DNA of 32,756 bases, from positions 1-32,756 of IMG/VR virus record IMGVR_UViG_3300005931_000046; one strand, written 5' to 3'. The translations under genes and the position numbers were made by a program. Each line of letters begins with the position of its first letter. Positions within the stretch are counted from its first letter, which is position 1. This stretch comes from a virus. Taxonomy: Duplodnaviria; Caudoviricetes. Positions 7,778 to 17,891 of the stretch are shown one piece after another. The notes under the pieces were generated by a model that had not been told where the DNA came from, ran no database searches, and worked only from the letters and a program-made list of their open reading frames with translations.

Positions 7778-7858
7778 AATAAAGGGAAAGGCTATAGAGT
7801 AAATTAGTAACTAAAACCTTTAATCACTTAACCCAAGCTTATATTATAAGAGCATTCT
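7778..7858. promoter_or_regulatory. AT-rich divergent intergenic region; likely promoter of the tail operon, with palindrome CTTATATTATAAG (7838-7850)
   Basis: The only sizeable non-coding gap before the 25-kb + strand operon. The 6-1-6 inverted repeat reads TATTAT on + and TATAAT on -. Confidence 0.55.
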
Positions 7859-8245
7859 ATGAGGCACTTTTCCTCAAAAATTTCAAATTTCTTTGCCCAA
7901 GTCGGTATTTCAGACGATCTACTTGTAGCAGAGGTTCCAAAGAGCCCTTCATGCGCTTCCCCAGGAGACTTCCTATTCTTCCAATACTCACCCAAGTACA
8001 AGAGGGATGTAGGATCTAAGGGAAATACTTGGAGGATTGTCCTGATGGTACAGCCTATCGTTAAGCAAGCGGGAACAGGGAACTTATTGCTAACGGGCTA
8101 TGAACTCCCAGACTCAGGAGGATACACCCCAGACTCCCTGTTGACACTATATAATAACAAGGAGTTACCAGAGGATAGCTACAGGACATTCATCCTGAAC
8201 CCTCCCTATGTGGTTTCCCCTCTTTATAGGATCCAGAGAAGTTAA
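7859..8245 (+). CDS. Possible T4 gp2-like DNA end protector protein (short version)
   Basis: PGDFLFFQYSPKYK and SYRTFIL resemble the 'PG..yfF.Y.pK.K' and 'y..Y' segments of that family; recognised by eye only. Confidence 0.45.
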   Translation: MRHFSSKISNFFAQVGISDDLLVAEVPKSPSCASPGDFLFFQYSPKYKRDVGSKGNTWRIVLMVQPIVKQAGTGNLLLTGYELPDSGGYTPDSLLTLYNNKELPEDSYRTFILNPPYVVSPLYRIQRS

Positions 8246-9852
8246 TGGCAGCACAAGTACTAATGTTGGAAGCTCTAAGCAAGCTTACCGTGGGCTTAGA
8301 TAAAGCTGTCGGATCAATGGAAGAGAGTATCTCACTCTTTGACCAGGGACAGAAGACCTCCCTAGCTTTGGGTCAGAACCTAGACCAAGCAAGAACTACC
8401 CTTGGCCCCAGCATTGATAACCTCAGGGGATCGATTGACAATAAGCTAAGTATTGGCCTAGCTGGACTAGCTGCTGGTCTCCAGGGTAATACTGAAGGTA
8501 TCTCCACCCTTGCTAATCAACAGCAACTAACGGGACAGGACTTCAAGAAGACCTTTAAAGTATTCTCTGAACTGATCTCTGTTGGAGGTGTCCAATCCAT
8601 TGCAGCTAACGAGCTTGCCGATCAAGTTAGAAAGAACTCCGTAACCTACGGGGTTACTTCTGAAGCCCTTGTGGGTGCGCTTAAGTCTGTGGAGCAGACA
8701 CTAGCTGCTCAGAACCTCCTAGGCTTTGGTACAGAAATCCAGGGAGCCATCGTAGAGCTTCAGGGAGTCCTAGGACCAGAACTCCAGGGACAGCTCACAT
8801 CCGTTGTACAGACAATCCTAAAGCCAGGCACCGACTCACTAGCTCAACTCTCGATCCTAGGGATTGGAGATGTCCGATCTAGGATCGAAGCCGCTAGAGG
8901 AGACCAGGCTGCTATCTTAAGTATTCTCCGAGAGTCCCTAACTATCGCAGGAAGGAACTTTGAGAAGTTAGCTGGTGGTTCCGAGGCCACATTCACCTCG
9001 TTCGGTATCCTAGAGAAAGCTATAGGAATAGGATCCGCAGACTTCTCCATCCTAAGCCAGAAGCTACAGGAAGGAGGTAGGATCAGGCAAGAGGGGGATA
9101 TGAATTATGCTGACACCATTGCAACCATCACGGCTGAAGTATGGAACCCTCTGAAGGAAGCCATGCTACCTATAATCCACAAGTCCCTACCCCTCTTGAG
9201 ACTAGGGGCTGACTATGTATCGAAAGGAATTGGTTATGTCGCTGAGAACTTAGACGTTTTCGGAGTAGCTATAGGTGCTGTGGTCCTCCCGGTGGTAGGA
9301 GTATTCGTTGCTGCTTTGAAGGGACTTAAGATCGTCGTGGATCCTTTGATTTTCTCTGTCAGTACTTTGTTTAATGCGTTCAAGAGTGTTGAGACTTCCC
9401 TGCTTTCTATGCCAGCAACGATTGAGGAGTTAGAGCTACAGCTAATGCTTGGATCCTCCAAGTTCTTTGCAGGAGTTATAGATGGACTTTCAGATATGTC
9501 TTTCGATATGCTTGGTGGAGAGTTTACTCCCTTCGATGGACTCAAAGGTTTGGGAGCTACCCTTAGGGCAACTTCGCTAGTTCTAGAATCCGAGTTTGAT
9601 GCTTTGAAACTACAGAATGAACGGATCGCAGAGAACACAAAGAACACCGCTGACAATACTAAGCCTAGCCCTAACCGATATCTGGTTGAGAGCAATGGCA
9701 TTATCGAAGGCGCTATCTCTAAAGTACTGGGTATCAAGGAGAACAAGACGATTAGCCTACAGGAGCAGATGGTGGATGCTTTGCATGAGGTTAACGATAG
9801 ACTAGCAGACAACAAACCCTCCCCAGTACCCCAATTTGGAGGTAGCCTATAA
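8245..9852 (+). CDS. Tail tape measure protein (535 aa)
   Basis: Ala/Gly/Leu-rich helical sequence, hydrophobic segment VFGVAIGAVVLPVVGVFVAAL, C-terminal RIAENTKNTADNT; lies directly upstream of the tube initiator and gp53-like genes. Confidence 0.7.
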   Translation: MAAQVLMLEALSKLTVGLDKAVGSMEESISLFDQGQKTSLALGQNLDQARTTLGPSIDNLRGSIDNKLSIGLAGLAAGLQGNTEGISTLANQQQLTGQDFKKTFKVFSELISVGGVQSIAANELADQVRKNSVTYGVTSEALVGALKSVEQTLAAQNLLGFGTEIQGAIVELQGVLGPELQGQLTSVVQTILKPGTDSLAQLSILGIGDVRSRIEAARGDQAAILSILRESLTIAGRNFEKLAGGSEATFTSFGILEKAIGIGSADFSILSQKLQEGGRIRQEGDMNYADTIATITAEVWNPLKEAMLPIIHKSLPLLRLGADYVSKGIGYVAENLDVFGVAIGAVVLPVVGVFVAALKGLKIVVDPLIFSVSTLFNAFKSVETSLLSMPATIEELELQLMLGSSKFFAGVIDGLSDMSFDMLGGEFTPFDGLKGLGATLRATSLVLESEFDALKLQNERIAENTKNTADNTKPSPNRYLVESNGIIEGAISKVLGIKENKTISLQEQMVDALHEVNDRLADNKPSPVPQFGGSL

Positions 9853-10871
9853 TGACTAACCAGTACATCATTGATCGTAAGCTCCCAGAGAGATCAAACC
9901 TACGCTTCTACTTCCCTAATCCCTCTGAAGGGGTAAGGTATTTCGTAGTTTCACTCCCCTTCTTCGAAAATCCTACGATCAAGGAGACCAAGAAGGCTAG
10001 AATCAAGAAGTACAATCTGATTTCTCGCTCTAGCGATCTTTATTCTTACCTTGGAGCGGACTCTAGACAGTTCGATCTCAATTTCAGCATCACTCTACCC
10101 CATGTTCTTGATGAAAATACTAACACGGTAGTCGAATCCCTCATTGGGTACACCGATATGAACTATGAGAACTCTGAATCAGAGCAAAAGAAGTTCAAGA
10201 CAGTATACTCTACTGATGATAGCAATATTAGTGGTGCTTTAAGCCTCTACAAGAAGTTCTTTGCCAACGTAGAGAGCCTAAAGGACTCAGCAAAACAGGT
10301 TCTAGGTAGTGATTGGGCTCAAACAGGCATGACAACCTATGAATTAGCGCAACTCAAGGCTACTTATGAGCTAGAGGGAGACCCAAGCCTAGCTGAGATC
10401 CTAAACAACTACCCCGCTGCTCAACAGGGTGGGGGTCAAAAGGCTACTAACACGGCTACCAACCCACAGAACGCTGCTCCTAACGCAGCCTACTCCGATG
10501 GCTTCATCCACAAGATGAAAATTATCGATCTGATCGTTTACTGGTCTAATATCATTCGTTCTAGCGTAATAAACAACTCTAAGAACCCTCTATACGGACC
10601 ACCCATCATCAGACTCAGACATGGAATCATGTATCAGGATATTCCCTGTATCTGTATGAGCTATACTCTAGAGGCAGACGAGATTGCAGGGTACGACCTC
10701 CAAACACTCCTACCCAGAAGGTTTAACGTCTCCATGAAGCTTGAAGAGACCAGAACAGGTGATTTTGGTGAGTTCAATCAGAACGATATCATCGCAAAGG
10801 ACAATCTAGCAGGATGGGAGAGCGTACTGAGCAAGCCTCTCACTATGGATCCAGGATACGGTGAGAAATAA
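9852..10871 (+). CDS. Tail tube initiator / baseplate-tube junction protein (gp48/gp54-like)
   Basis: Y.G.DSRQFDLNFSI and GPPIIRLRHG.MY..IPCICMSY...FNVSMKLEE, typical of the tube-initiator fold; consistent synteny. Confidence 0.7.
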   Translation: MTNQYIIDRKLPERSNLRFYFPNPSEGVRYFVVSLPFFENPTIKETKKARIKKYNLISRSSDLYSYLGADSRQFDLNFSITLPHVLDENTNTVVESLIGYTDMNYENSESEQKKFKTVYSTDDSNISGALSLYKKFFANVESLKDSAKQVLGSDWAQTGMTTYELAQLKATYELEGDPSLAEILNNYPAAQQGGGQKATNTATNPQNAAPNAAYSDGFIHKMKIIDLIVYWSNIIRSSVINNSKNPLYGPPIIRLRHGIMYQDIPCICMSYTLEADEIAGYDLQTLLPRRFNVSMKLEETRTGDFGEFNQNDIIAKDNLAGWESVLSKPLTMDPGYGEK

Positions 10872-11179
10872 TGGCTGCTCTAGGCAAAAACAAGGGGCCT
10901 TACGCTATTGATGCCAATATCGTTACCCATAAAGGGGCTAGAGTTACTACAATCGTTAACTCCCCCATCTATGATAAGATTCTAGCAGACTTGGAGAACA
11001 AGTACGACTACGAGGTAGGCTATGTCCCACAGGGCTATGCTCACCGACCTGATTTGATTTCCAATGTATTCTACGGAAGCCCTAAGAACTGGTGGCTCTT
11101 GATGTTAGTCAATAGTATCACAGATCCCTTTGAGGGCTTCAAGGTGAACGAGAAGATCCTTATTCCTAGACTGAAGTAA
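10871..11179 (+). CDS. Baseplate wedge LysM-like protein (T4 gp53 / P2 gpX-like)
   Basis: HRPDLISNVFYGSPKNWWLLMLVNSITDPF...ILIP signature. Confidence 0.88.
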   Translation: MAALGKNKGPYAIDANIVTHKGARVTTIVNSPIYDKILADLENKYDYEVGYVPQGYAHRPDLISNVFYGSPKNWWLLMLVNSITDPFEGFKVNEKILIPRLK

Positions 11180-13626
11180 TGAAAATCCCCACAGCAAATG
11201 TTGTAGTAGGCTTCGATAGAGAGGTCATGAATGAGTTGTTCGCCACAGGAGCAACTTACAGCAACTTGCTTAAGGGCATTACGGATACTACTGTAACTGA
11301 GTCTACACCTGATGGAGTTACCGCCCAGAAGATCAACAAGGATGTCCTACTATTCAACAAGCAGAACAATCCTAACTTTCTGAGCTTCAAGCACACCCTC
11401 CTATCCGAGGGCAGTATCTTTTCTCTAGACATCATCGACCCTACAGGTGAGTTTGAGAAGAGATACCTTACAGCAGACCTAACAACTATCCTCCCTAACG
11501 ATACCTCCTTTGGAGGAGAGAGGAAGAGCCCCCTAACCACATCCTTGCTGGATGGGCAGAAGGCGAAGCTTACAGAGAATGATCTTCAGACCAAGATTGG
11601 AGAGTACTCTAAGAGATTCAACCAAGCTACGGGTATAAAGAAGATCTTCATTGCATACGGGGTAGGGAGTAACCTTGATCTATGGTCAGGGCCTCATGTT
11701 GCTATCCTAAAGGGAGCTTCGATCAACATGGATGGGGCTAGAAAAATTACTCTAGAGTTTGTAGCTACAAACAATCATCTCTCTATTGGTAGCAGACGAG
11801 GACTGTACAACGAGAGTCTAGAGAACACCATCGACCTACAAGGCATGACCATTGAGGTGAATGCTAGGTCTTCTAACATCAACTTTCTAGACTCAAGTAA
11901 AAAACAATATGGAAAAGAACATGAACAGGCTTTTACTAAATCAGCTTACGGTGTCCCTACTGAAGCGGCTGGTAATGCTTTTGACATTCACCTCCCTGTA
12001 TGTGATACTATTAGGTCTCTAGTAAGGAACGCTACTTCTAACGAGAACGTCATCGTCCTCCTTCCAGACCTAAACAAGATTTGCTATACTGCCCTAACTG
12101 AGGAGCTTAACCTAGCAATCATAGACAAGACCCCTCCTAGCAGTTCTGCTGGCACAACTAATAGTGCTACCCTGGATGATAGGAAGACCCTGTACTCCTT
12201 GGGTGACGATAAGAAGAATCTTAAGAGTAAGGCTGAGGCTGTTGCCTCCCTATTCTCTCTTACCCTGGACTCCATGCTGAAGGATCCTATGGGGGAGCAG
12301 AGAAACTTTGACCCTCCAACTAAGCAGTTCTTGGAAGAAACAACGGACACAGCGAGCTTCCGTGATAGACTCACTAAGTTTTTTGCGGAGAGAGACTTCT
12401 TCTTCACTAAGACAGTTACTCGTACAGGTGGCTTCCCTGATTACAAGGTAGCACTCAAGAGTATCATTGATGCTATTCGAGGTGCCTCTAAGGGGGAGCA
12501 CTTCTCTGATTTCTCGTACTTCTATGAGACCAATACTCAGCTAGTAGAGCTATGGTCAGAGGAGCAGTTTGATGGAATCACCCTATTCGGAGGCCATGAG
12601 AATACCCTGGACCCAGACAAGCCAGCTATCATCATTGGCGACCTGGGTATGATTAAGGATTACCTGTACGGCAGCGAAGCCTTGTCCGAGGGTGGTGAGG
12701 TGTCCACCTACCCAATCCACCCCTACGATAACGTCATCCTTTCTGATAAGGGATACAACGAGAGGGTTAGGAGTGTAGTCTTCAAACCTATCAACACTAA
12801 GGGGGACTTCGGAGATATTTCCTACATCCCTGATGAGTTCTCCTACACTGACGCAAGCTTCTCGGAAGAAGCTAAACAGGAGATCAGGGAAAGACAGATC
12901 CCCGTCCTACGATATAACACTACCAACCCTAATGTCCTCTCTCTGTCTAACAAGACTGCTGATGTATACCTAGCACAGCTTACGATGGGTATTCAGAAGG
13001 AGAACAGCCGTAGAGCATCAGCCTCATTAGCAGGAGTGATGCAGACCAAGTACACAGACTTTGAATTCTATAACACTGATGCCATCATTGCCTACATTAG
13101 AAAAAGGAACCTTTCATTAGGGGCAGGAGATAATAAAGGGATCATTCTTAAGGAATTGTCCAACAAGTTCAAAGCACATTCGGAGTTCACTTTAGCAGAC
13201 GCAGAGGAGCAGGCAGCCCACGCTTACGCACTCTACGAGGGAATCCTAAAGCTCCCAGGCAATCCTATCTTGAAGGTAGATCAGCTATTACCTGGAAACC
13301 CAGTGAACATCATTAGTGATCTGGCAGAGCAAATGTATAATATGGCATACACTGTCTCCGTGGAGACTTTACCTATGTTCCACCTGAGTAACATAAATAC
13401 CCTTACGAAGAACATCGTCTTGTTCGCACAGGACCAAGATATCCTTCAGTCGGTTCCCCCCGAGAGGTCTGCTATCAATGCGTTCCTAACAGGCTACTAC
13501 AAGATCTTCGGGTTCTCCCATGAGATCTCAAACACCACAATCAAGTCTACGTTCGAGCTAGTTAAGATCGTTATGGATCCTGCTATCAAGCTAGACGACT
13601 CAGAATCACTAGAATTAACCTCATGA
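11179..13626 (+). CDS. Baseplate hub protein (gp27 / P2 gpD-like), enlarged, 815 aa
   Basis: C-terminal LTGYYKIFGFSHEIS...STFELVK hub motif; lies between the gp53-like and spike genes. Confidence 0.65.
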   Translation: MKIPTANVVVGFDREVMNELFATGATYSNLLKGITDTTVTESTPDGVTAQKINKDVLLFNKQNNPNFLSFKHTLLSEGSIFSLDIIDPTGEFEKRYLTADLTTILPNDTSFGGERKSPLTTSLLDGQKAKLTENDLQTKIGEYSKRFNQATGIKKIFIAYGVGSNLDLWSGPHVAILKGASINMDGARKITLEFVATNNHLSIGSRRGLYNESLENTIDLQGMTIEVNARSSNINFLDSSKKQYGKEHEQAFTKSAYGVPTEAAGNAFDIHLPVCDTIRSLVRNATSNENVIVLLPDLNKICYTALTEELNLAIIDKTPPSSSAGTTNSATLDDRKTLYSLGDDKKNLKSKAEAVASLFSLTLDSMLKDPMGEQRNFDPPTKQFLEETTDTASFRDRLTKFFAERDFFFTKTVTRTGGFPDYKVALKSIIDAIRGASKGEHFSDFSYFYETNTQLVELWSEEQFDGITLFGGHENTLDPDKPAIIIGDLGMIKDYLYGSEALSEGGEVSTYPIHPYDNVILSDKGYNERVRSVVFKPINTKGDFGDISYIPDEFSYTDASFSEEAKQEIRERQIPVLRYNTTNPNVLSLSNKTADVYLAQLTMGIQKENSRRASASLAGVMQTKYTDFEFYNTDAIIAYIRKRNLSLGAGDNKGIILKELSNKFKAHSEFTLADAEEQAAHAYALYEGILKLPGNPILKVDQLLPGNPVNIISDLAEQMYNMAYTVSVETLPMFHLSNINTLTKNIVLFAQDQDILQSVPPERSAINAFLTGYYKIFGFSHEISNTTIKSTFELVKIVMDPAIKLDDSESLELTS

Positions 13627-14717
13627 GAATCGCGTTAGCAGAAGTTAGAGAGAACTTTGATCCCGAAAGGGAAGGGAAGATCTATGCAAAGATTGAGGGT
13701 ATTGGAGATTCCGATAAGCTCATCAACATGACTAACCTGTATAGCTCTGGTTCTGAGGGTACGGTTAAGGCCCCCGCTCCTATCAAGGGTACGTCTATCT
13801 TAGTCTGTCAACCAGAGAACACAGACGAATGGTTCTATCTAGCAACTACAGGGAAGGAGTTCCTTACCAATGCCAATACAGCAACGGAGACCTTACATGA
13901 GTTCGAGCGTCCTAATGCTATTGCTTCTGATAGGGGTAACGAGAAGAGAGGTGGGTCAGGACGAGACAACGATCTCCTCATCCAGAATGAGCTAGGCTGT
14001 GGCCTTGAGCTAGCACAGACTCTCGGACAGAAGAGTAACGTAGTCCATTCCAAACTATTCTCTGGACAAGGTAAGAAGGTATTGGTCAGTGATAGCTCGG
14101 AGATTGATTCAATCATCATCGACTCAAATAGAGGCAGTAGAATCTCTGTCACTGGAGATCCTAAGTCCAAAGCCCTCCCTGCCCAGGCTGTTGAGATCAA
14201 TACGGTAGGACCACAAACGTATATCAATCTAAACTCTGCTACTAACATGGTAGTGCAGGATGGTAGAGACCTTCAGCTAATTAACAACTCTACAGGTAGT
14301 AACAAAGGTGTTGCTAATCCTGAAGCCTACGGTAACGTCAACCTACAGAGCAAGAACAGAGACGTTAATCTATTCACTAAATCAGGCATTGGACGTATCT
14401 TTATCGAGTGCCTAAACCCCAATGGCTCTAGTGAGATCATCCAACTGAAGACTAATGGTAACGGCACTATTCGTTTGATAGCTACTAAGGTAGAGATTAC
14501 AGCCGACAAACTAGGAGTAGACGCTAACACCATCGACCTACAGGCTGCTGGGGATATCAACCTTGGTGCTGGTGGTAACGTAAGTATCCAAGCAGGAGGA
14601 AACGTCAATGCAGACGGTTCTCTAATCAACCTAAACTCTGGGGCATCCTCTCCTCCAAACCCAGGCAACGGTGAGGACACTAATCACTACGGACCCCAAG
14701 GAGTAACCACATTCTAA
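13623..14717 (+). CDS. Central baseplate spike (gp5 / P2 gpV-like): OB fold plus beta-helix
   Basis: N-terminal AEVRENFDPEREGKIYAKI and P..GT.ILV; C-terminal 8-residue repeats IDLQAAGD/INLGAGGN/VSIQAGGN/VNADGSLINLN. Confidence 0.82.
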   Translation: MRIALAEVRENFDPEREGKIYAKIEGIGDSDKLINMTNLYSSGSEGTVKAPAPIKGTSILVCQPENTDEWFYLATTGKEFLTNANTATETLHEFERPNAIASDRGNEKRGGSGRDNDLLIQNELGCGLELAQTLGQKSNVVHSKLFSGQGKKVLVSDSSEIDSIIIDSNRGSRISVTGDPKSKALPAQAVEINTVGPQTYINLNSATNMVVQDGRDLQLINNSTGSNKGVANPEAYGNVNLQSKNRDVNLFTKSGIGRIFIECLNPNGSSEIIQLKTNGNGTIRLIATKVEITADKLGVDANTIDLQAAGDINLGAGGNVSIQAGGNVNADGSLINLNSGASSPPNPGNGEDTNHYGPQGVTTF

Positions 14718-14718
14718 C

Positions 14719-17424
14719 ATGGCATCATTTGATCTAGAAACCTTCCTCAAAGTACAAGGGGAAACAGGAGTAACAGCTTTCGGCGCTGCTGGTATGGCCT
14801 TTGGATTACCCAGTTGCGCTCTATTCCTAGGACAGCAGATCCTAAACATTCTCCCCTCTAGCGTACTAGCAGATGTCAGAGCTAATATTATCTCTGCTAA
14901 GTCCCTAGCCAACAACGCTACTAGAGAGGTGTTCAAGAAGCTCATGCTGGATACAGGTATCATTGAGTTTGATACTGACCAGGGCATCTTCATCTTCAAG
15001 TCTCCCTTCTCCACCACTGATAACGATGGACTACAGGGATTCCAAAACCTAGCTGGCATCCTAGGAGCATTACAGTTTGCCTCCTCTTTCGGAGCACAGA
15101 TCTATCAGAACTATACCAACATCACTAACGAGATTGATGCTGCTATTGATTGCCTGAACAAGATCAAAGACGTTAAGGCTTATCAGCCTGGCAATTCTGC
15201 TGAACAGAAGTTAGCTCTCACCCAGCAACAGGCTGAGGATCTTCTAGATACTAAGTTTGCTGCGGAGAAAGCAGCACTAGAGACTACCAACGAGTTTATT
15301 GACGATTGCAATAATCAGATCCTTAGGATAGATACCATCCTAGCTCAGAGAGCAGCAGACGATACCTTGGAGCCTTGTCTCCTAGACAGCGCAGAGCTAG
15401 ACCAGTTCCTAGGTAGCACAACGTTCAAGAGATGCCCAGTCGATGACCCTGGCCTGGAGGAAGAAGATGTATTCCGTCTAACCTACGGTCCACCTGTCAC
15501 AAAGGAAGGACAGTATGTTCTGACCTCAGATGGTCTATACTACGACTCACAATCTGGTGGCCTAGATCCCATCTACCTAAGTATTTCTGGAATCATTGCC
15601 CCTGGTGATAAGTGGAAGTACGACTACGATCCAAACCTAGGCGGCAAGGGTACTACTATCTCTATTGCCTCCCTCAACAAGTTCACGGATAACATCTTCG
15701 ATACTGCAATCATTGATGACAGCAAGGGCCTCAAGATGTACTACGATGCTGACCACTTCCTTTCTGTTATTAAGCAGCAAAGGGATAAGCACGTTTACGA
15801 TCTATCAGGAGACCTACAAGGGTTCATCACCGAGTACGGGGAAGGTTCCTCCATCGTTAAGAATCAACGCAACCTAATCATCTCTGAGATTGCCAACCAC
15901 AATCACAAGATCAACAGACGTAAGAAGCAGATCGAGGTAGCCCTCAAAGCTCCACAGATCTACGGGGATGGTGACGGGCCTATGTTCGCACCTGGCGAGA
16001 TCCCTATTAACGATTTCTCCTTCCTAGAGAAGTACAACCTCCAAGTCGATCTGGAGAAGCAGAAGGCCCTAGTCTTTGCTGAGGGTGAGGTGGATGGAAT
16101 GGTCCTACCTATTGATCCTAAGTTCGTTAAGTCTTCTTCCAAGTCTCCCTCAATTGGGTTTGCTCATCTTAGCGTGCCTACTGTTGGTAAGGGAAGTATC
16201 ATCTATACTCCCTCTGGTGGAGCTACGCCTTCAGGCACAGTCCTATCTCTAACAGATCAGATTGTGGACGAAGACTTATTTGCTATCTACAACTTCCTGG
16301 ATACCACCCTGAGTCTTCCCTCCTCAACAGATTTCCATACCACTAACTGTGCCACCCAGGGAGTATACAACAACGCTCAACTAGTAGGCACTAACCAGCA
16401 AAGCATCTTCTTTTCAGGACTAGCTATCCCTTACCTAGAGGGTGTAGTAAAGAACAAGTCCTCAGATTCAGCAGGAGCTTCTGCCCTAGGTAGCTTCCTA
16501 AGATTACCAGACAACCCTGAGTACAGGGATCTAACATACAACCACAAGGGATTCACAGTAGACTGCTGGGTCCATGTACCCAATATCAAGGACGAGGAAC
16601 TGGGCTGGCTTAGTACCAGCACCTCTTCTCTAACCAAGGTACTCTTCGGGTGTGAGAACACTGGTAATACCTCTGGCGTTTCCGCTATAGATCATACGGC
16701 TACCCTTAGGGGCCTAGACTTCCTAGAGAACAAGAAAGGTACTGATTATACTAGAGGCTTGATTTGTGGTTTCTCTAGAGACAGAAGAATCACACAAACT
16801 TCCTCTACTGCTAGTAACTCTAATGGGGATAACCTCACCTCCTCTTCGCTCAGTTTCTTCCTAGCCCCTACGCAAGCTAGAGACTCCTCCTCCCTGTCTT
16901 GGATCAACAATGATGAGTGTCAGGACTTTGCCTCGTTCTTCAAGATGAAGGTAGACCTCTCCTCCAACCATAGTTTAGGGAGCGTGGATTCGAACTTCGT
17001 ACACCTAGCCATTGCAGTAAACCCCCAAGAGGACGAGGTGGTAATGTACATCGATGGACAGGTGCTAGCTACGTCCGCGCTCACAACCGTCTTCGGAGAA
17101 GCTAAGTATGCTCCACCCAGCCTACCCTCCTTTAAGAAGCCTAACAGCTTTGAGTATTCCTTATCGACAGTAGATGGGCCTCTTACGGTTAAGACTGGGC
17201 CTAAGCTCAATCCCTTCTACACTCCCTGGCTTGTAGGTGGAGGTTGGACAGACGGTATGTACCAGTACGGAAACTTCATGGGAGGAGGATCTACAGGAGG
17301 AGTAATCAGTGGACTCCGTGGACACGTTGGGAGTCTCAAATTTTACTCTAGAGCCCTAGATAGTAGAGAGGTTCTGACCAACTACGAAGCACAACAAGGC
17401 TTCTTCAAACAGATTATCACCTAA
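14719..17424 (+). CDS. Virion protein with helical N-terminus and C-terminal LamG / concanavalin-A-like domain (901 aa)
   Basis: GFTVDCWVH, FVHLAIAV...VVMYIDGQ and GHVGSLKFYSRALDSREVLTNY are LamG motifs. Confidence 0.75.
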   Translation: MASFDLETFLKVQGETGVTAFGAAGMAFGLPSCALFLGQQILNILPSSVLADVRANIISAKSLANNATREVFKKLMLDTGIIEFDTDQGIFIFKSPFSTTDNDGLQGFQNLAGILGALQFASSFGAQIYQNYTNITNEIDAAIDCLNKIKDVKAYQPGNSAEQKLALTQQQAEDLLDTKFAAEKAALETTNEFIDDCNNQILRIDTILAQRAADDTLEPCLLDSAELDQFLGSTTFKRCPVDDPGLEEEDVFRLTYGPPVTKEGQYVLTSDGLYYDSQSGGLDPIYLSISGIIAPGDKWKYDYDPNLGGKGTTISIASLNKFTDNIFDTAIIDDSKGLKMYYDADHFLSVIKQQRDKHVYDLSGDLQGFITEYGEGSSIVKNQRNLIISEIANHNHKINRRKKQIEVALKAPQIYGDGDGPMFAPGEIPINDFSFLEKYNLQVDLEKQKALVFAEGEVDGMVLPIDPKFVKSSSKSPSIGFAHLSVPTVGKGSIIYTPSGGATPSGTVLSLTDQIVDEDLFAIYNFLDTTLSLPSSTDFHTTNCATQGVYNNAQLVGTNQQSIFFSGLAIPYLEGVVKNKSSDSAGASALGSFLRLPDNPEYRDLTYNHKGFTVDCWVHVPNIKDEELGWLSTSTSSLTKVLFGCENTGNTSGVSAIDHTATLRGLDFLENKKGTDYTRGLICGFSRDRRITQTSSTASNSNGDNLTSSSLSFFLAPTQARDSSSLSWINNDECQDFASFFKMKVDLSSNHSLGSVDSNFVHLAIAVNPQEDEVVMYIDGQVLATSALTTVFGEAKYAPPSLPSFKKPNSFEYSLSTVDGPLTVKTGPKLNPFYTPWLVGGGWTDGMYQYGNFMGGGSTGGVISGLRGHVGSLKFYSRALDSREVLTNYEAQQGFFKQIIT

Positions 17425-17891
17425 TGGCTGCTAACAATACAGTAACGATCTATGGGACTACTGTTCCCTCCTTCATCGAGAAGACCCCAACCAGTAAGAA
17501 AAAGGTTACTTACGGGCTGGGTTTTCCCCTAGGCTCTAATAGAGAGTCTGGTGGCTTCTTCACGAAGAAGACAGGAGTAGAGCTTATTAAGGATGCTGTT
17601 ATTCAGCTACTTAGGACAGATAGAGGAGAACGTATCCTACTCCCTAAGTTTGGATGTAACCTCCGTAAGTTCCTTTTCCAACCACTAGACGAAACTACCT
17701 TCGAAGCTATCAAGGAAGAGATCAGATTCTCTTTCTATAACTACATCGTAGGTGCTAGACTAATCAAGCTAGGGGTAACCCCCTTAGGGGACACAGGACC
17801 ATCTGGAGGCAACTCTCTTCTGGTCACGCTCACCCTCCAAATCATCGAAGAGGATCTAGCAGTCTTTGACGTACCCGTACTTATCTCCTAA
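17424..17891 (+). CDS. Baseplate wedge / sheath initiator (T4 gp25 / P2 gpW-like)
   Basis: IKDAVIQLLRTDRGERILLPKFGCNLRKFLFQPLD signature. Confidence 0.92.
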   Translation: MAANNTVTIYGTTVPSFIEKTPTSKKKVTYGLGFPLGSNRESGGFFTKKTGVELIKDAVIQLLRTDRGERILLPKFGCNLRKFLFQPLDETTFEAIKEEIRFSFYNYIVGARLIKLGVTPLGDTGPSGGNSLLVTLTLQIIEEDLAVFDVPVLIS

